Under the pieces are notes generated by a model that searched no databases, was not told the origin of the DNA, and saw only the letters and a program-made list of their open reading frames with translations. Shown in pieces: positions 1 to 10,342 of a stretch of DNA of 64,000 bases (its first letter is position 1; the number at the start of each line of letters is the position of its first letter). The stretch is taken from the NCBI GenBank assembly GCA_020353055.1, contig CP070686.1:1056625-1120624 (forward strand), given 5' to 3'. The stretch comes from a candidate division WOR-3 bacterium (GTDB lineage: Bacteria; Hydrothermota; Tepidihabitantia; SM23-42). Position numbers and translations under genes: made by a program.

Positions 1-2150
1 ATCCGGAGCGCGATAACAAGTATCATGAGGCGTATTTGCGAGGCATACTGGGTGAGATCAGTTCATTGCTTGCAAGACCTATCAGCTCGAGCCACATCCA
101 CTTCAAAGAAGACGGGCTCCGCATCATCAAGAATATTATCTGTGCGCAAAAAACTGTATATGACATCGACAAGGTCAATGCCTGGCAAATATTCGGTGAT
201 TTACGTGAGAAGAATGCCGAAAGGCATCAGGCATATGACAATCTGGAGAGATCATTGACCTTTTTTGAAGTCTTCAGATATCTCTATCAGTTGCTTGTCA
301 CCCAGGATGAAGAAATCGAACTCGACTCTGCCACATTGAAGAATATCCGTGCTGTAGCAAGGACCATGGGATATCGAGACCTGGGAAAATGTCATGCCGA
401 AGAACACGTACTCGTTCACTACTATGAGCACATACAGAATGTGCGAAAAATTGTTCCCGCCCTGCTGGACGATCTCAAATCTCATCTCGAAGCGAGTTCA
501 ATCTTTGTCTCAATACTCGACCCTAAATATCCGGGTAATATCGCCCAGGATTTTCTGACCAAGTTCAAGTTCTTCCGTGGCACATCTTTCTGGGATGACA
601 TCCTGGATGATTTTGAAAGTGAACCGTTGTTGAACCGCTTCATTAAGGATCTGAACTCGTACCCCCCGGCGAAACGCAAGAAATACATCAGAGGATATAT
701 CGAGTGGGTCAAATATGATTTGTATTCTTCCATTAAATATTTGACGTCGCTCGGTAGAACCAAGGTCGGCCATCCTTTGTTCTTGGACTTGAACGACCAG
801 TTGCTGGAAATATTCGATAACATGCCTGACGTCGCCAGAAAAATTTCTTATGTCTTCAACCGTTTTCCAAAACTCATCAACGAATATTTCGCTCTCAACA
901 GTGACGGCAACTTGAAGATCTATCAGCGTCTGCTGGAAACCACAATCTACGAAAAGGAAATTGCTTCCATCATCGACCGCTTGAAGGCGTTGATCCAAAT
1001 ACATCTCTCGAGCAGCGTATTCTTCAAAAGATACCTTCTGAAGGTTGCGGACCGGTATCCCGAGACAATTCACCTGCTCGGCAATCCAATACTTCTGCAG
1101 GAATTCGGTGATGGCATATACAGTGATATTCAATCTATGCCGAGTACGCAAGAAAGGAAAGAAAAGCTGGGCGACTACTATGATTTCGAAATGATGCGTG
1201 CCGGGCTTGGAACATTGAACGGACTGCTGGCAGATGAAATAAACACCGAGTACATTGAATTTTCCGACAAATACATTCGCACGTTGTTCGAAATCTGCCG
1301 GCAAGAAGTTGATAACCAATACACAAAACGTATTATCACCGACGATCTGCTGGCTATTTTCGCCGCCGGAGGTCATGCCCGCGAACAAGCGTATGATGAC
1401 GATTACGACATGATCGTTCTTCTCAACTCGGATAGCCCGGAAATGCTTTCATACTGTAACAAAATAATCACCAAGATGAACAGCGAGATAATAAAACGGG
1501 GTACAATCCCTCATCACAGATTCGCCGATTATTATGGTAGGTACATTATTCTCCTCAAGGAAGTAGAGCAATTGTTGAACGAGAAACGGGATGATATCTT
1601 CATAGAAAAATCACAGATACTCGGTGCTCGCCTCGTCATCGGGTCACACCGTTTTGAAAAGGAATTCTTCGACCGCGTCATCAAACCTTATATTTTCGAT
1701 CAAAAGGAAGAGTATATTAAGCAAATGGCCGGAGAAATCAATTCACGGCATCAGACTACTGCTAAACAGCGGACAATCGTTAAGGATAACATAAAAGAGG
1801 GGTCCGGTGGGTTGAGGGATCTGGAGATGATTTTGCTAATGATCAAAGCGCAGTGTAATATGATGCACCCGGTAAATTCAGAGCTATTCAACGAAATCGC
1901 GGTCAATTATGAAGAACTGAGTGAGGACATCTCTCGCCTTTCAGGTGCATTCGTCTTTCTCAACAACATCAGAAACAGCTACCGTATTACTGTGGGAGCA
2001 ACTGATCTTCTCTCTGCAAAAATGCTCCACGCAGCTGCCCATCTTATGGGCTATCCGAATGGTCAAGCTCTTTATCGAGAGTTTAAGAAGACATGCAGTG
2101 AGGTCACGACTACGATCAAAAATATCATCAAGAAATTTCCCTGTCAGTAA
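1..2150 (+). CDS. GlnE/GlnD-type nucleotidyltransferase domain protein. The 5' end is truncated by the window edge; the reading frame is open back to position 3.
   Basis: Motif AAGGHAREQAYDDDYDMIVLLNSD resembles the GGxxRxExxxxSDxD nucleotidyltransferase signature of glutamine-synthetase adenylyltransferase / PII uridylyltransferase. The ORF stays open upstream of the first in-frame start at 36. Confidence 0.45.
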   Translation, partial: PERDNKYHEAYLRGILGEISSLLARPISSSHIHFKEDGLRIIKNIICAQKTVYDIDKVNAWQIFGDLREKNAERHQAYDNLERSLTFFEVFRYLYQLLVTQDEEIELDSATLKNIRAVARTMGYRDLGKCHAEEHVLVHYYEHIQNVRKIVPALLDDLKSHLEASSIFVSILDPKYPGNIAQDFLTKFKFFRGTSFWDDILDDFESEPLLNRFIKDLNSYPPAKRKKYIRGYIEWVKYDLYSSIKYLTSLGRTKVGHPLFLDLNDQLLEIFDNMPDVARKISYVFNRFPKLINEYFALNSDGNLKIYQRLLETTIYEKEIASIIDRLKALIQIHLSSSVFFKRYLLKVADRYPETIHLLGNPILLQEFGDGIYSDIQSMPSTQERKEKLGDYYDFEMMRAGLGTLNGLLADEINTEYIEFSDKYIRTLFEICRQEVDNQYTKRIITDDLLAIFAAGGHAREQAYDDDYDMIVLLNSDSPEMLSYCNKIITKMNSEIIKRGTIPHHRFADYYGRYIILLKEVEQLLNEKRDDIFIEKSQILGARLVIGSHRFEKEFFDRVIKPYIFDQKEEYIKQMAGEINSRHQTTAKQRTIVKDNIKEGSGGLRDLEMILLMIKAQCNMMHPVNSELFNEIAVNYEELSEDISRLSGAFVFLNNIRNSYRITVGATDLLSAKMLHAAAHLMGYPNGQALYREFKKTCSEVTTTIKNIIKKFPCQ

Positions 2151-2153
2151 ATT

Positions 2154-3863
2154 TCAGAATGCTTCGCCGATAGCGAAGTGTAGAACACCCGCCGATTCAT
2201 CTTCTTCCCGGGCAAGTTTGAAGCCATAGTCAAGCCTGATACTACCCAGGAAGGTTCTAACCCGCAATCCAACACCGACGCCCCACCTCAAATCGGTGCT
2301 TATCTCCTCGCGATTTTGCCAGATATTCCCTCCATCCAGGAACAGAACACCGCCCAGTAGTTTGTATATTGGAAAGCGCACTTCCGCTGAAACCTCACCG
2401 AGAAATCTGCCACCCAGTGGATTACCGTTCTCATCAACCGGACCGATCCCGCGCTCCGAATATCCGCGCACCGAAGATGTGCCACCACAGTAGAAACGCT
2501 TGTAGACTGGAATAATTGTTGTCGGCGCAACAGGCTTCACTAGACCAGCCTTCAGAGATGTGGCAATAACGAGGCCAGCATATGGTCTGTACAAACGAAA
2601 CTGCACGGTCGGTCTTAGATAATCGACGTCGGACGGTAACACGACACCGCTGATCTCCGCGTTTACCCCGGTGTAACTGCCTTTTGTTGTGTAGAAAGGA
2701 TTATCTCTTTTGTCTCTCAGCCAGCCAACTCCGAAGCCATGAAGCAGGTCAGTCTCGGTGCTGTCGTCGACCATGTAATACGTTTTTATCCGTTCGATTT
2801 CGTACTTAGCAGAGATCTCGCTTGCATCAAGCACGAATTTTGTCGTCACGTTACCACCCAGCGATAGCGTATGATACCCGATCTCCTCCAATCGCCTGAA
2901 GAAAAAAGCAAAACCAAAATCACCCGGCAAGAGGATGGATCTCGGGAAAGTCATTTGAGTCGTTGCACGTTGTTCGACAAAACTCAACTTACTGTCGATC
3001 TTTCCCTGCCACGCCCTCCCGAAGATATTGTTATGCATAACGCCGACGCCGAGCCTGACCAGATCCCGCGTACCATAGCCGACGCGGAAATTCATGCTGA
3101 TACGCTTTCTTTCACTAAGGATAAACTGTATATCCTTGTAATTTGCGGTTGATGCATTTTCAATCTGAGTTCGTATCGCGCTGAAAATCCCGAGTCTATA
3201 GAGCCTTCGTTCGCTCTCCAGGATCCGCGCGTAGCGGAATAGATCGTCGCTTTTGATCCTCAGTTCCCGGAGAACGACGGACCGCCGTGTTCGTTCCAAG
3301 CCAAGAATATCTATCTTACCAACGAATTGCTTCGAGCCCTCTCTCATGCTATGAAGCACAAATACTCCATCATTTTCCCGCCGATACCCGGATTCGACCT
3401 CTACGTCGGCGTATCCCAAATCGTCATATGAATAGCGAATTACATAATTATCGGCATCTACTTCCCGCGGGTCGAAAATTTCGCCGCGCTCCATCACAAG
3501 CAGTTTTTTCAATGATTCAGCTTCAAAGACTGTATTACCTTCGAATTCAATACTCCTCACAAAACTCTGTTTTCCTTCATTGATCCTTATCCTAAGTTCG
3601 ATCTCGCTATTAGCGCTATCATAATGCAACTCATTTTCGACCGCCACATCCAGAAACCCGTCATATGTGTAAAGATTTGCGATTGCATCCAGATCTCCTC
3701 TGAAAACATCCTCGTTAAAAACACCCTTTCGGAAAATGCTCTTCGTTTTGGTCAGCATGATTTTCTTTATCGCCGAGTCTTTGAAATATTCGTTGCCGCT
3801 GATATTGATCGCCGTTACGCGGAAGTCACCATTGCACAAAATGAAGAAAATTAGGCCGATCAT
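2154..3863 (-). CDS. Omp85-family outer-membrane protein (BamA/TamA-like) with POTRA repeats and a C-terminal beta-barrel
   Basis: Signal peptide (MIGLIFFILC), POTRA-like segments, and a C-terminal ...HFAIGEAF aromatic terminus typical of Omp85 barrels. Start chosen at the internal Met at 3863, which overlaps the stop of the upstream gene by 4 nt. Confidence 0.7.
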   Translation of the reverse strand: MIGLIFFILCNGDFRVTAINISGNEYFKDSAIKKIMLTKTKSIFRKGVFNEDVFRGDLDAIANLYTYDGFLDVAVENELHYDSANSEIELRIRINEGKQSFVRSIEFEGNTVFEAESLKKLLVMERGEIFDPREVDADNYVIRYSYDDLGYADVEVESGYRRENDGVFVLHSMREGSKQFVGKIDILGLERTRRSVVLRELRIKSDDLFRYARILESERRLYRLGIFSAIRTQIENASTANYKDIQFILSERKRISMNFRVGYGTRDLVRLGVGVMHNNIFGRAWQGKIDSKLSFVEQRATTQMTFPRSILLPGDFGFAFFFRRLEEIGYHTLSLGGNVTTKFVLDASEISAKYEIERIKTYYMVDDSTETDLLHGFGVGWLRDKRDNPFYTTKGSYTGVNAEISGVVLPSDVDYLRPTVQFRLYRPYAGLVIATSLKAGLVKPVAPTTIIPVYKRFYCGGTSSVRGYSERGIGPVDENGNPLGGRFLGEVSAEVRFPIYKLLGGVLFLDGGNIWQNREEISTDLRWGVGVGLRVRTFLGSIRLDYGFKLAREEDESAGVLHFAIGEAF

Positions 3864-6800
3864 TTTATCTTGAAGTGAAAATCCAGATCGACACTGGTGT
3901 TGAGGTTTTCCTGGTCGTACTGAGTAAATATAGAAATATGATCTGTAATATCGTAGCTGGCGCCTACCTGGTGCAACTCCCATGACTCAATACCGGTGCT
4001 GTAATACAGCGTAAAACCTCTGGTGATACGCTTCTCGATACCAACGCGCATTGTCGAAGGTTCATCCAGTTGTCCGGTTATCTGTAATTTATCCAGGCCC
4101 AGCAGTTGCTCACCTGATTTCTCAATTCCGTAACGAACTACGTCGAAAGCATAATCCTTTGCTTTGCCTTTGAGGTCGATTTCCTTGGCTGCACTGCCGA
4201 CTGCACCGGGCCGCCGCTGACCAATCAACAAGAGGCTCACTATATCTTGCTGAGGGAGTGGTGGATTTGAATTCAACTCAAGCTGCCATGTAGCAACCGT
4301 GCCATTGAGGACAAGGAATATTTCGTAATCACCATCGGCCGCCGCGATGGTCGAAGTGGCAACAAGGTCAATCACCGGGTCTATCTTGTACGGGTCATCA
4401 AACTGTATGACAGCAGTGACAATATTGAATTTCTTACCCAAATACTGAATCGTCCCCTGTCCGGTCGAGGTGATAGTGCCGTAGGCGTTCAGCCTTGAAA
4501 GATATCCTTTCAGCTGCAAGTCAGCCTTTGCCGAAAGATTGGCTACGTTGTTCGCAATTACTATACTGTCCGGCACCGAAATGCCAATATCACAGTAAAT
4601 CCTTTTCGAGATTTCGGGCTGCTGTGGTGCGGGCCGGTTCGCGGCGGTCAAAAGACCGACTATGTTCTGGAGCCGCATTGGAGCGTCATATACACCTTCG
4701 ATCAATATTATTTCACCACCGACACGCAGGGAATCCTTTCGGCTAGAAGCAAGTAGGGTTGCGTCGATCACAACGCGGCCGAAATCGTTATTGACATAAT
4801 CGACGTGGTCAACATCGACCTTGAGTAATACGGTGTCGAGCCGGCCACTTGCGAGATCGGCAAAACCATTTGCCCGGAATCGACCTTCATTTATCTTACC
4901 GTCAAGATCCTGGCAGGTAACTAAACCGTTTTTGAATACGAACGCACCGGACACCGAGTCGAATATCACATCCTTCATGGCATAACGCGCATTATGCAGC
5001 AAAAGGCTACCGTCAATATCGAGCCGTCGCGGTTTTCCCTGCACGCGAATATCAAATTTCAAATTACCGGTGACCGCTGGGTTTTTCGGCAAAAGATATG
5101 AAATATCAGCCAGTTGCAGGCTTGAGGATTTTGCCTTAATATCAAGGGATGCAGTTTCAAAATCGAGCGGTAGTACTCCCTCAACGTAGATAGTCTGGCC
5201 GGCTGCGGCAAATGCGCAAGATTGTATGTTGACCATTTCGTTTTCCAGATGCACGACCACCGGATCGACATTTTGTAGATTCTGACCTTCAAGCATCAAA
5301 TCGACCGCATGAATCCGAAGGGTAGCTTTCGTTTTAACGATTTCGGTAAGATATCCGACTGCCGAAAGATCAGCGGTCACGGCGCCGCTCGCTGGAGAAA
5401 TGAATTCATCGAGTACAAAGTTGTCGATTTCTGCATCGATACTAAAAGGGATGCGATCGTGCAGGAAGGCGTTGACATCGAACTTCACGTTCATGTCCTC
5501 ATTTGTCAACAGTAGCTGTAGTGCGGTATCACCAAGCGCGAATTTGAGATCATAGGTACCGAGTCGCATGGTGTCGTATACTACGTCCGCAAGTACAATC
5601 TCACCTTTGCCTTGCGGGTTGCGGATATCTCCTGAAAAAATGACGTCGAGGATTGCCGTGCCACCAAGCATGAGGGTATCGGCTCCAAATACCTCAGGCG
5701 AATCGAAGGCAAGCCGATCACTACGGAGTTCCAGCGTGAAATCGCGTTTTTTCAAATCATAGTACCCCGTAAGATTGACCAAGCCGCGACCACTCTGGAC
5801 GGTTCCCGAATCGAGACGAACCACCGTGTTGTTTATCGAAGCATGTAGTCTTGCGTTCGTAATGACTTCGCCGAAAGCCGTCGCATCCGAGAGCCCAAGG
5901 TCGGCCATCGCAACAGGATTCTCTGGTGAACCGGAAACCACCATGTCCAACCACAGTTCCCCAGAAATATTCTCCGCTGTCTCGACGATACTTTTCAGAA
6001 CATCCAGATTGCTGCAATACAAGGCAAGTCTCGTGTCGGTAATTTTTCTTGTCTTATTGTCGTACTGCAATCCTAGATCCATCGAAACTCTCCTGCTGGC
6101 GAGGTTGAAATGCGCAAGTTTCAGCTTACTATCGCCGTAGTATACTTGACCTTTGAATGAAGGTGTGAATCCCCTGTAATCGAATCGTCCAGCAACCGAA
6201 GCCTCGAATTCCGGCTCCGACACTTTACCCTTCAGTGTTCCGTCTGCCTGCATGTGTCCATAGCGGGACAGTATTTCAAGCGATAATCTCGTTCGCTCCA
6301 CCGCCGCCTTGACATCCCACGTGTCACGTCCTTCTATTCCCCTTTGCAATGTAGCCGTGGTTAATTTCATTGCGGCTTCGACATTCAGACCGTCGATCTT
6401 CGGCAGATGCCATGATGCATCTACCGAACCCTTAATTTCGTTGTCCACAAACCGTGCATCGACCTGACTTGCAGTACTTATCACCAGTGATGAGAACTCA
6501 CCCTGCACCGTACCCTTGCTGAGTAAACTACCCGACAGTTCACCAATACCCAGATCCTCGATCGCCAGGATGGCATCATAAACCACGTCAAGGACAACGC
6601 CCTTTCTCAGCGGGATCGATCCCCGCAAAAAAGCAGACGATTTTTCCGTAGATAAGTAAAGGCTGTCGACAACAAAAAGATCTTTCATCATCAGACCACG
6701 TGAAGCGAAATTTACACTCAACAAAGTCTGCCCGAGGTTAACGGTCAAACCGCCATCGACAATCGAATATGCTTCGATGCGTATGTTGACTGGTGATGAT

Positions 6801-7171
6801 TCTGACGGTACCGAATCTGCTTTTCGGGGAAGGTGAGTCAATGTCTCGATGAACCGGTTGATATCCAATTCAATGCCCTTTATCCGAACCGATCTTATTT
6901 CGATACGGCGGGAGAGCAACGCGAAAGGATTATAGAAAATCCTTATTTCATCTATGCGGCCTAACTCAGTTGACTCAATATCTCGAGCACGCAGCGAAAA
7001 GAAAAGATTGCCGTTCATGGAACCGATCGTAAATGGCATGCCCAGATTATCCGAAACAGCCTCTTCGACCTCATGTCTGACAAAATCAAGGACCAAAGGC
7101 GTGCTGGCCAACAGGAAGATTATGACCGGCAGCATGACGATAAATAGCGGCACCAGAAGCAGCTTCTTCAT
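3860..7171 (-). CDS. TamB/AsmA-family translocation-and-assembly-module protein. It is N-terminally anchored and about 1100 aa long.
   Basis: N-terminal TM helix (MKKLLLVPLFIVMLPVIIFLL), a very long beta-rich body, and position directly upstream of the Omp85 gene. Start chosen at Met77 of the ORF (7171); its reverse complement is atgaagaag. Confidence 0.5.
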   Translation of the reverse strand: MKKLLLVPLFIVMLPVIIFLLASTPLVLDFVRHEVEEAVSDNLGMPFTIGSMNGNLFFSLRARDIESTELGRIDEIRIFYNPFALLSRRIEIRSVRIKGIELDINRFIETLTHLPRKADSVPSESSPVNIRIEAYSIVDGGLTVNLGQTLLSVNFASRGLMMKDLFVVDSLYLSTEKSSAFLRGSIPLRKGVVLDVVYDAILAIEDLGIGELSGSLLSKGTVQGEFSSLVISTASQVDARFVDNEIKGSVDASWHLPKIDGLNVEAAMKLTTATLQRGIEGRDTWDVKAAVERTRLSLEILSRYGHMQADGTLKGKVSEPEFEASVAGRFDYRGFTPSFKGQVYYGDSKLKLAHFNLASRRVSMDLGLQYDNKTRKITDTRLALYCSNLDVLKSIVETAENISGELWLDMVVSGSPENPVAMADLGLSDATAFGEVITNARLHASINNTVVRLDSGTVQSGRGLVNLTGYYDLKKRDFTLELRSDRLAFDSPEVFGADTLMLGGTAILDVIFSGDIRNPQGKGEIVLADVVYDTMRLGTYDLKFALGDTALQLLLTNEDMNVKFDVNAFLHDRIPFSIDAEIDNFVLDEFISPASGAVTADLSAVGYLTEIVKTKATLRIHAVDLMLEGQNLQNVDPVVVHLENEMVNIQSCAFAAAGQTIYVEGVLPLDFETASLDIKAKSSSLQLADISYLLPKNPAVTGNLKFDIRVQGKPRRLDIDGSLLLHNARYAMKDVIFDSVSGAFVFKNGLVTCQDLDGKINEGRFRANGFADLASGRLDTVLLKVDVDHVDYVNNDFGRVVIDATLLASSRKDSLRVGGEIILIEGVYDAPMRLQNIVGLLTAANRPAPQQPEISKRIYCDIGISVPDSIVIANNVANLSAKADLQLKGYLSRLNAYGTITSTGQGTIQYLGKKFNIVTAVIQFDDPYKIDPVIDLVATSTIAAADGDYEIFLVLNGTVATWQLELNSNPPLPQQDIVSLLLIGQRRPGAVGSAAKEIDLKGKAKDYAFDVVRYGIEKSGEQLLGLDKLQITGQLDEPSTMRVGIEKRITRGFTLYYSTGIESWELHQVGASYDITDHISIFTQYDQENLNTSVDLDFHFKIK

Positions 7172-7208
7172 CAGAATGATTATAACGTATATCGGGTATT
7201 CGTCAATA

Positions 7209-7236
7209 TTGACACGGTTAAGTTTCTGCATATAAT
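7209..7236 (+). promoter_or_regulatory. sigma70-like promoter (TTGACA-N16-TATAAT) upstream of the ferredoxin gene
   Basis: ttgaca at 7209-7214 and tataat at 7231-7236 with a 16-nt spacer. AAGGAG RBS at 7243-7248. Confidence 0.4.
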
Positions 7237-7253
7237 TGCGCCAAGGAGATAAC

Positions 7254-7547
7254 ATGGGCCATTGGAGAAAACCTTTGGATAGCGATAAGATCAAGGTTAC
7301 GCACGGTGATATCCATATCATCAAGGAACGCTGCAAAGGCTGCGGGTTCTGCGTCGAGTATTGTCCAAAGGATGTTCTGGAAATGTCTGAAGAATACAAC
7401 CTGAAAGGTTACCATCCTCCGGTTGCCACGAATGCCGATGCATGTCTCGAGTGCCACCTGTGTGAGATGCTATGTCCTGAGTTTGCAATCTACATAACGC
7501 TCAAAGACGAGCAGGAAGTAGGAAGTTTAACCGAAAATAAAAGATAA
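7254..7547 (+). CDS. 2x[4Fe-4S] ferredoxin (possible delta-type subunit / electron carrier for the downstream oxidoreductases)
   Basis: Two CxxCxxCxxxCP motifs (CKGCGFCVEYCP, CLECHLCEMLCP). ATG at 7254 preceded by AAGGAG. Confidence 0.75.
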   Translation: MGHWRKPLDSDKIKVTHGDIHIIKERCKGCGFCVEYCPKDVLEMSEEYNLKGYHPPVATNADACLECHLCEMLCPEFAIYITLKDEQEVGSLTENKR

Positions 7548-7693
7548 GAAAGGTTTTTGATTAGCAAATTTTAAAATCATTGAAGAGATTATCGAGCATC
7601 CTTCGTTCACCTAACGCAAGCCATCGCATAACTTTCGGTTTCCAAATACGTCCGTTCTTACAGAAAGGGTTTTGCACAACATGAGTAACCATG

Positions 7694-7721
7694 TTGACAA
7701 TCATTTGGTTGTTGCTATAAT
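7694..7721 (+). promoter_or_regulatory. sigma70-like promoter (TTGACA-N16-TATAAT) ~240 nt upstream of hdrA; probable start of the long redox operon
   Basis: ttgaca 7694-7699, tataat 7716-7721. Confidence 0.45.
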
Positions 7722-7958
7722 ATTTCCAGCACTTTGCATTTTAGCAATAAACAGTCCCGTAGTAGAAAGAATTGCCCTATCACGTTCATTGGAAGTGCCG
7801 TATCGTGTCGTGAAGGGCGCTATTAAAGATATTAAGAGGAGCTTATTTGACATTTTTTGCAATTGAAGGAGCTAATTCATGACCAAATTTTCCGAATTAC
7901 GCAAAATCGGAAGACTTATTATAACGGAGATGTCCCACAAATCTCAAAGGAGTAAACC

Positions 7959-9908
7959 ATGAAGATCGGTGTATATGTCTGCCACTGCGGCGGGAACATA
8001 TCCGAAGTCGTCGACATCAAGCAATTAACATCATTTGCCGAGAAGCAGTCAGACGTCGCAATCGTTCGAGACAATGCACATATGTGTTCTGATGTCGGCC
8101 GAAATCTCGTGCTGGAAGACATCAAAAAACACAATCTTGATAGAATTGTGGTGGCTGCCTGTTCGCCTCAATTTCATGGAAAGACTTTCATGGATATCGT
8201 AAAGAAGGCCGGCCTTTCACCCTATTTGTTCGAGATGGCTAATATCCGCGAACAGTGTTCTTGGCCACACTTTGACGAGCCCGAACTGGCGACCAGGAAG
8301 GCGAAAGACCTGGTGAACGTCGGAATTGCCAAGGTCAAACTTGACGAATCGTTGGAACGAAAAAGCATGCCCATCGGGAAGAGAGTACTCGTGGTTGGCG
8401 CCGGTATTGCAGGCATCCAGGCAGCGCTGGATCTCGGTGATGCCGGTTTCGAGGTTTTTCTCGTAGAGAAGAAACCCACGATCGGCGGGAAAATGGCACA
8501 ACTATCAAGGACGTTTCCAACCGAAGACTGTGCAGCATGTATCCTCTCTCCAAAGATGGCTGATGTTCCGAGCAATCCCAATATTACTTTATTCACTAAT
8601 TCAGAAGTGGAAAAAGTCTCTGGTTTTATCGGCAATTTTGAAGTAACAATTAACAAAAAACCCAGATACGTGAATGACAATTGTGTCTCCTGCGGTATCT
8701 GTGAAGAGAAATGTCCGGTGAAATTACCCAATGAATTCGAACAGGGGTTAACAACCCGCCGGGCGATCTACGTTCCGTTCGAATTTGCGGTACCGTACAA
8801 ATACGTCATCGACGAACCCAACTGCATCTATTTTCAGAAAGGCAAGTGCGGTAACTGTAAGAAGGTCTGCCCGCACGATGCGGTAGACTTCGAACAGAAA
8901 CCCGAAAAAATTGAAATCAAGGTAGACACCATAATCGTCGCGTCTGGCTATGATATCTTTGATGCCAGTGAGAAAAAAGTGTACGGCTTCGGCACGAACG
9001 AAAACGTCATCACCTCCCTGGAAATGGAACGCATGATCGTCCACGAAGCCGAAGGCCGCCCGACGAGAAAGATAGGCAATAGAATAGCATTCATCCAGTG
9101 TGTTGGTTCCCGGGACGAGCAAATCGGAAATGAATACTGCTCGAGGATCTGCTGCATGTATGCAACGAAGCTCTCGCAGCTCCTGAAGAGAACCGACCCG
9201 AAAAGGGATGTCTATGTCTTCTATACAGATCTACGTGCTTACGGTAAGGGTTTTGAAGAATATTACAAAAGAGCAGCACGGACCGGTGTCAAGTTCATTC
9301 GAGGAAGGGTCGCCGAATTGATCGAAGATCCCGAGACCAAAAAAGTGACCGTCAAAGTCGAAGATACCCTGGCACGCCAGATAATAGAATCAGAATTCGA
9401 CCTCGTCGTACTATCGGTGGGCATGCAGCCTGGCGAAGGAACTGGGAAAATCGCCGAGGTTCTGAGGATGACGCGAAGCCCCGGTGGCTTTCTCCAGGAG
9501 GCGCACCCGAAATTCAAACCGGTCGACACCCTCAACGACGGCGTGTTCATATGTGGCTGTGCGCAGGGACCCAAAGATATCCCTGACACCGTAGCACAGG
9601 CGAGTGCTGCTGCGGCGAGGGCGATAAGGCTGATGAATAAAGGTGAATATGAGGTCGAACCAATCACCGCGGTTGTCGACGAGGACCTCTGCAGTGGATG
9701 TGCAACCTGTGTAAGTGTCTGCCCGTACGATGCGGTGAAGACGGAAGTCAAGGATGACAAAAGGGTCGCCAAAGTGAACGAATTTCTTTGTCAAGGCTGT
9801 GGTTCCTGCTCGGCGGCTTGTCCTTCTGGAGCCTCACAGCAGCATTGGTTCATGAGTAGTCAATTAAAGGCCATGGTTGGCGCAGCATTAGGAGAGGAGG
9901 AAGAATGA
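7959..9908 (+). CDS. hdrA: Heterodisulfide reductase subunit A (HdrA), Cys form
   Basis: N-terminal VCHCGGNIS Cys cluster, FAD fold VLVVGAGIAGIQAALDL, FPTEDCAACILSPKM, several CxxCxxCxxxCP ferredoxin motifs. RBS AAGGAG. Confidence 0.85.
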   Translation: MKIGVYVCHCGGNISEVVDIKQLTSFAEKQSDVAIVRDNAHMCSDVGRNLVLEDIKKHNLDRIVVAACSPQFHGKTFMDIVKKAGLSPYLFEMANIREQCSWPHFDEPELATRKAKDLVNVGIAKVKLDESLERKSMPIGKRVLVVGAGIAGIQAALDLGDAGFEVFLVEKKPTIGGKMAQLSRTFPTEDCAACILSPKMADVPSNPNITLFTNSEVEKVSGFIGNFEVTINKKPRYVNDNCVSCGICEEKCPVKLPNEFEQGLTTRRAIYVPFEFAVPYKYVIDEPNCIYFQKGKCGNCKKVCPHDAVDFEQKPEKIEIKVDTIIVASGYDIFDASEKKVYGFGTNENVITSLEMERMIVHEAEGRPTRKIGNRIAFIQCVGSRDEQIGNEYCSRICCMYATKLSQLLKRTDPKRDVYVFYTDLRAYGKGFEEYYKRAARTGVKFIRGRVAELIEDPETKKVTVKVEDTLARQIIESEFDLVVLSVGMQPGEGTGKIAEVLRMTRSPGGFLQEAHPKFKPVDTLNDGVFICGCAQGPKDIPDTVAQASAAAARAIRLMNKGEYEVEPITAVVDEDLCSGCATCVSVCPYDAVKTEVKDDKRVAKVNEFLCQGCGSCSAACPSGASQQHWFMSSQLKAMVGAALGEEEE

Positions 9909-10342
9909 AAAGCAACCCCGACCCAAAGATAATCGCATTTTGCTGTAACTGGTGTTCCTATGCTGGAGCCGACGCTGCCGGAACCTCGAGGCTCCAAATG
10001 AAACCGCATTTCAGAATTGTTCGAGCCATGTGTTCAAGCCGGATCGACCCGGAATTGATCCTCGATGCGTTGAAGAAAGGTGCCTGGGGTGTATTAGTGG
10101 CCGGTTGTCATCCGGGCGACTGTCATTATGTAACCGGTAATTATCGTACCCACAAAAGAATCGCATTGCTCAAGGACCTGCTAAAAGAACTGGGCATAGC
10201 ACCACAAAGGGTAAGGCTGGAGTGGATCTCGGCAAACGAAGGTGGCAAGTTCCAAAAAGTCGTCAACGAATTCATCGATGAAATGTCCGTACTGGGGCCA
10301 CTTGAATTGAAAGGACAGCCAGCCGCCAAGGAGGCATCATGA
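9905..10342 (+). CDS. mvhD: Methyl-viologen-reducing hydrogenase delta subunit homolog (MvhD)
   Basis: FCCNWCSYAGAD ... GCHPGDCHY signature of the MvhD family. Translationally coupled to its neighbours by ATGA overlaps. Confidence 0.85.
   Translation: MKSNPDPKIIAFCCNWCSYAGADAAGTSRLQMKPHFRIVRAMCSSRIDPELILDALKKGAWGVLVAGCHPGDCHYVTGNYRTHKRIALLKDLLKELGIAPQRVRLEWISANEGGKFQKVVNEFIDEMSVLGPLELKGQPAAKEAS

Noticed and set aside
510-1388. 292-aa minus-strand ORF inside the nucleotidyltransferase gene
   Set aside because: Lies entirely antisense to a well-supported motif-bearing gene. No RBS and no recognisable motifs.

Similar antisense ORFs are 8222-8731, 9263-9772, 11189-11590, 13431-13802, 20332-20853 and 22931-23347. 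I treat them as shadow ORFs of the GC-rich Hdr and Kor genes.
7672-7866. 64-aa ORF in the hdr leader region
   Set aside because: It starts upstream of the predicted promoter -10 element and has no RBS. The 27-codon uORF nearer hdrA is the better candidate and is reported separately as low confidence.
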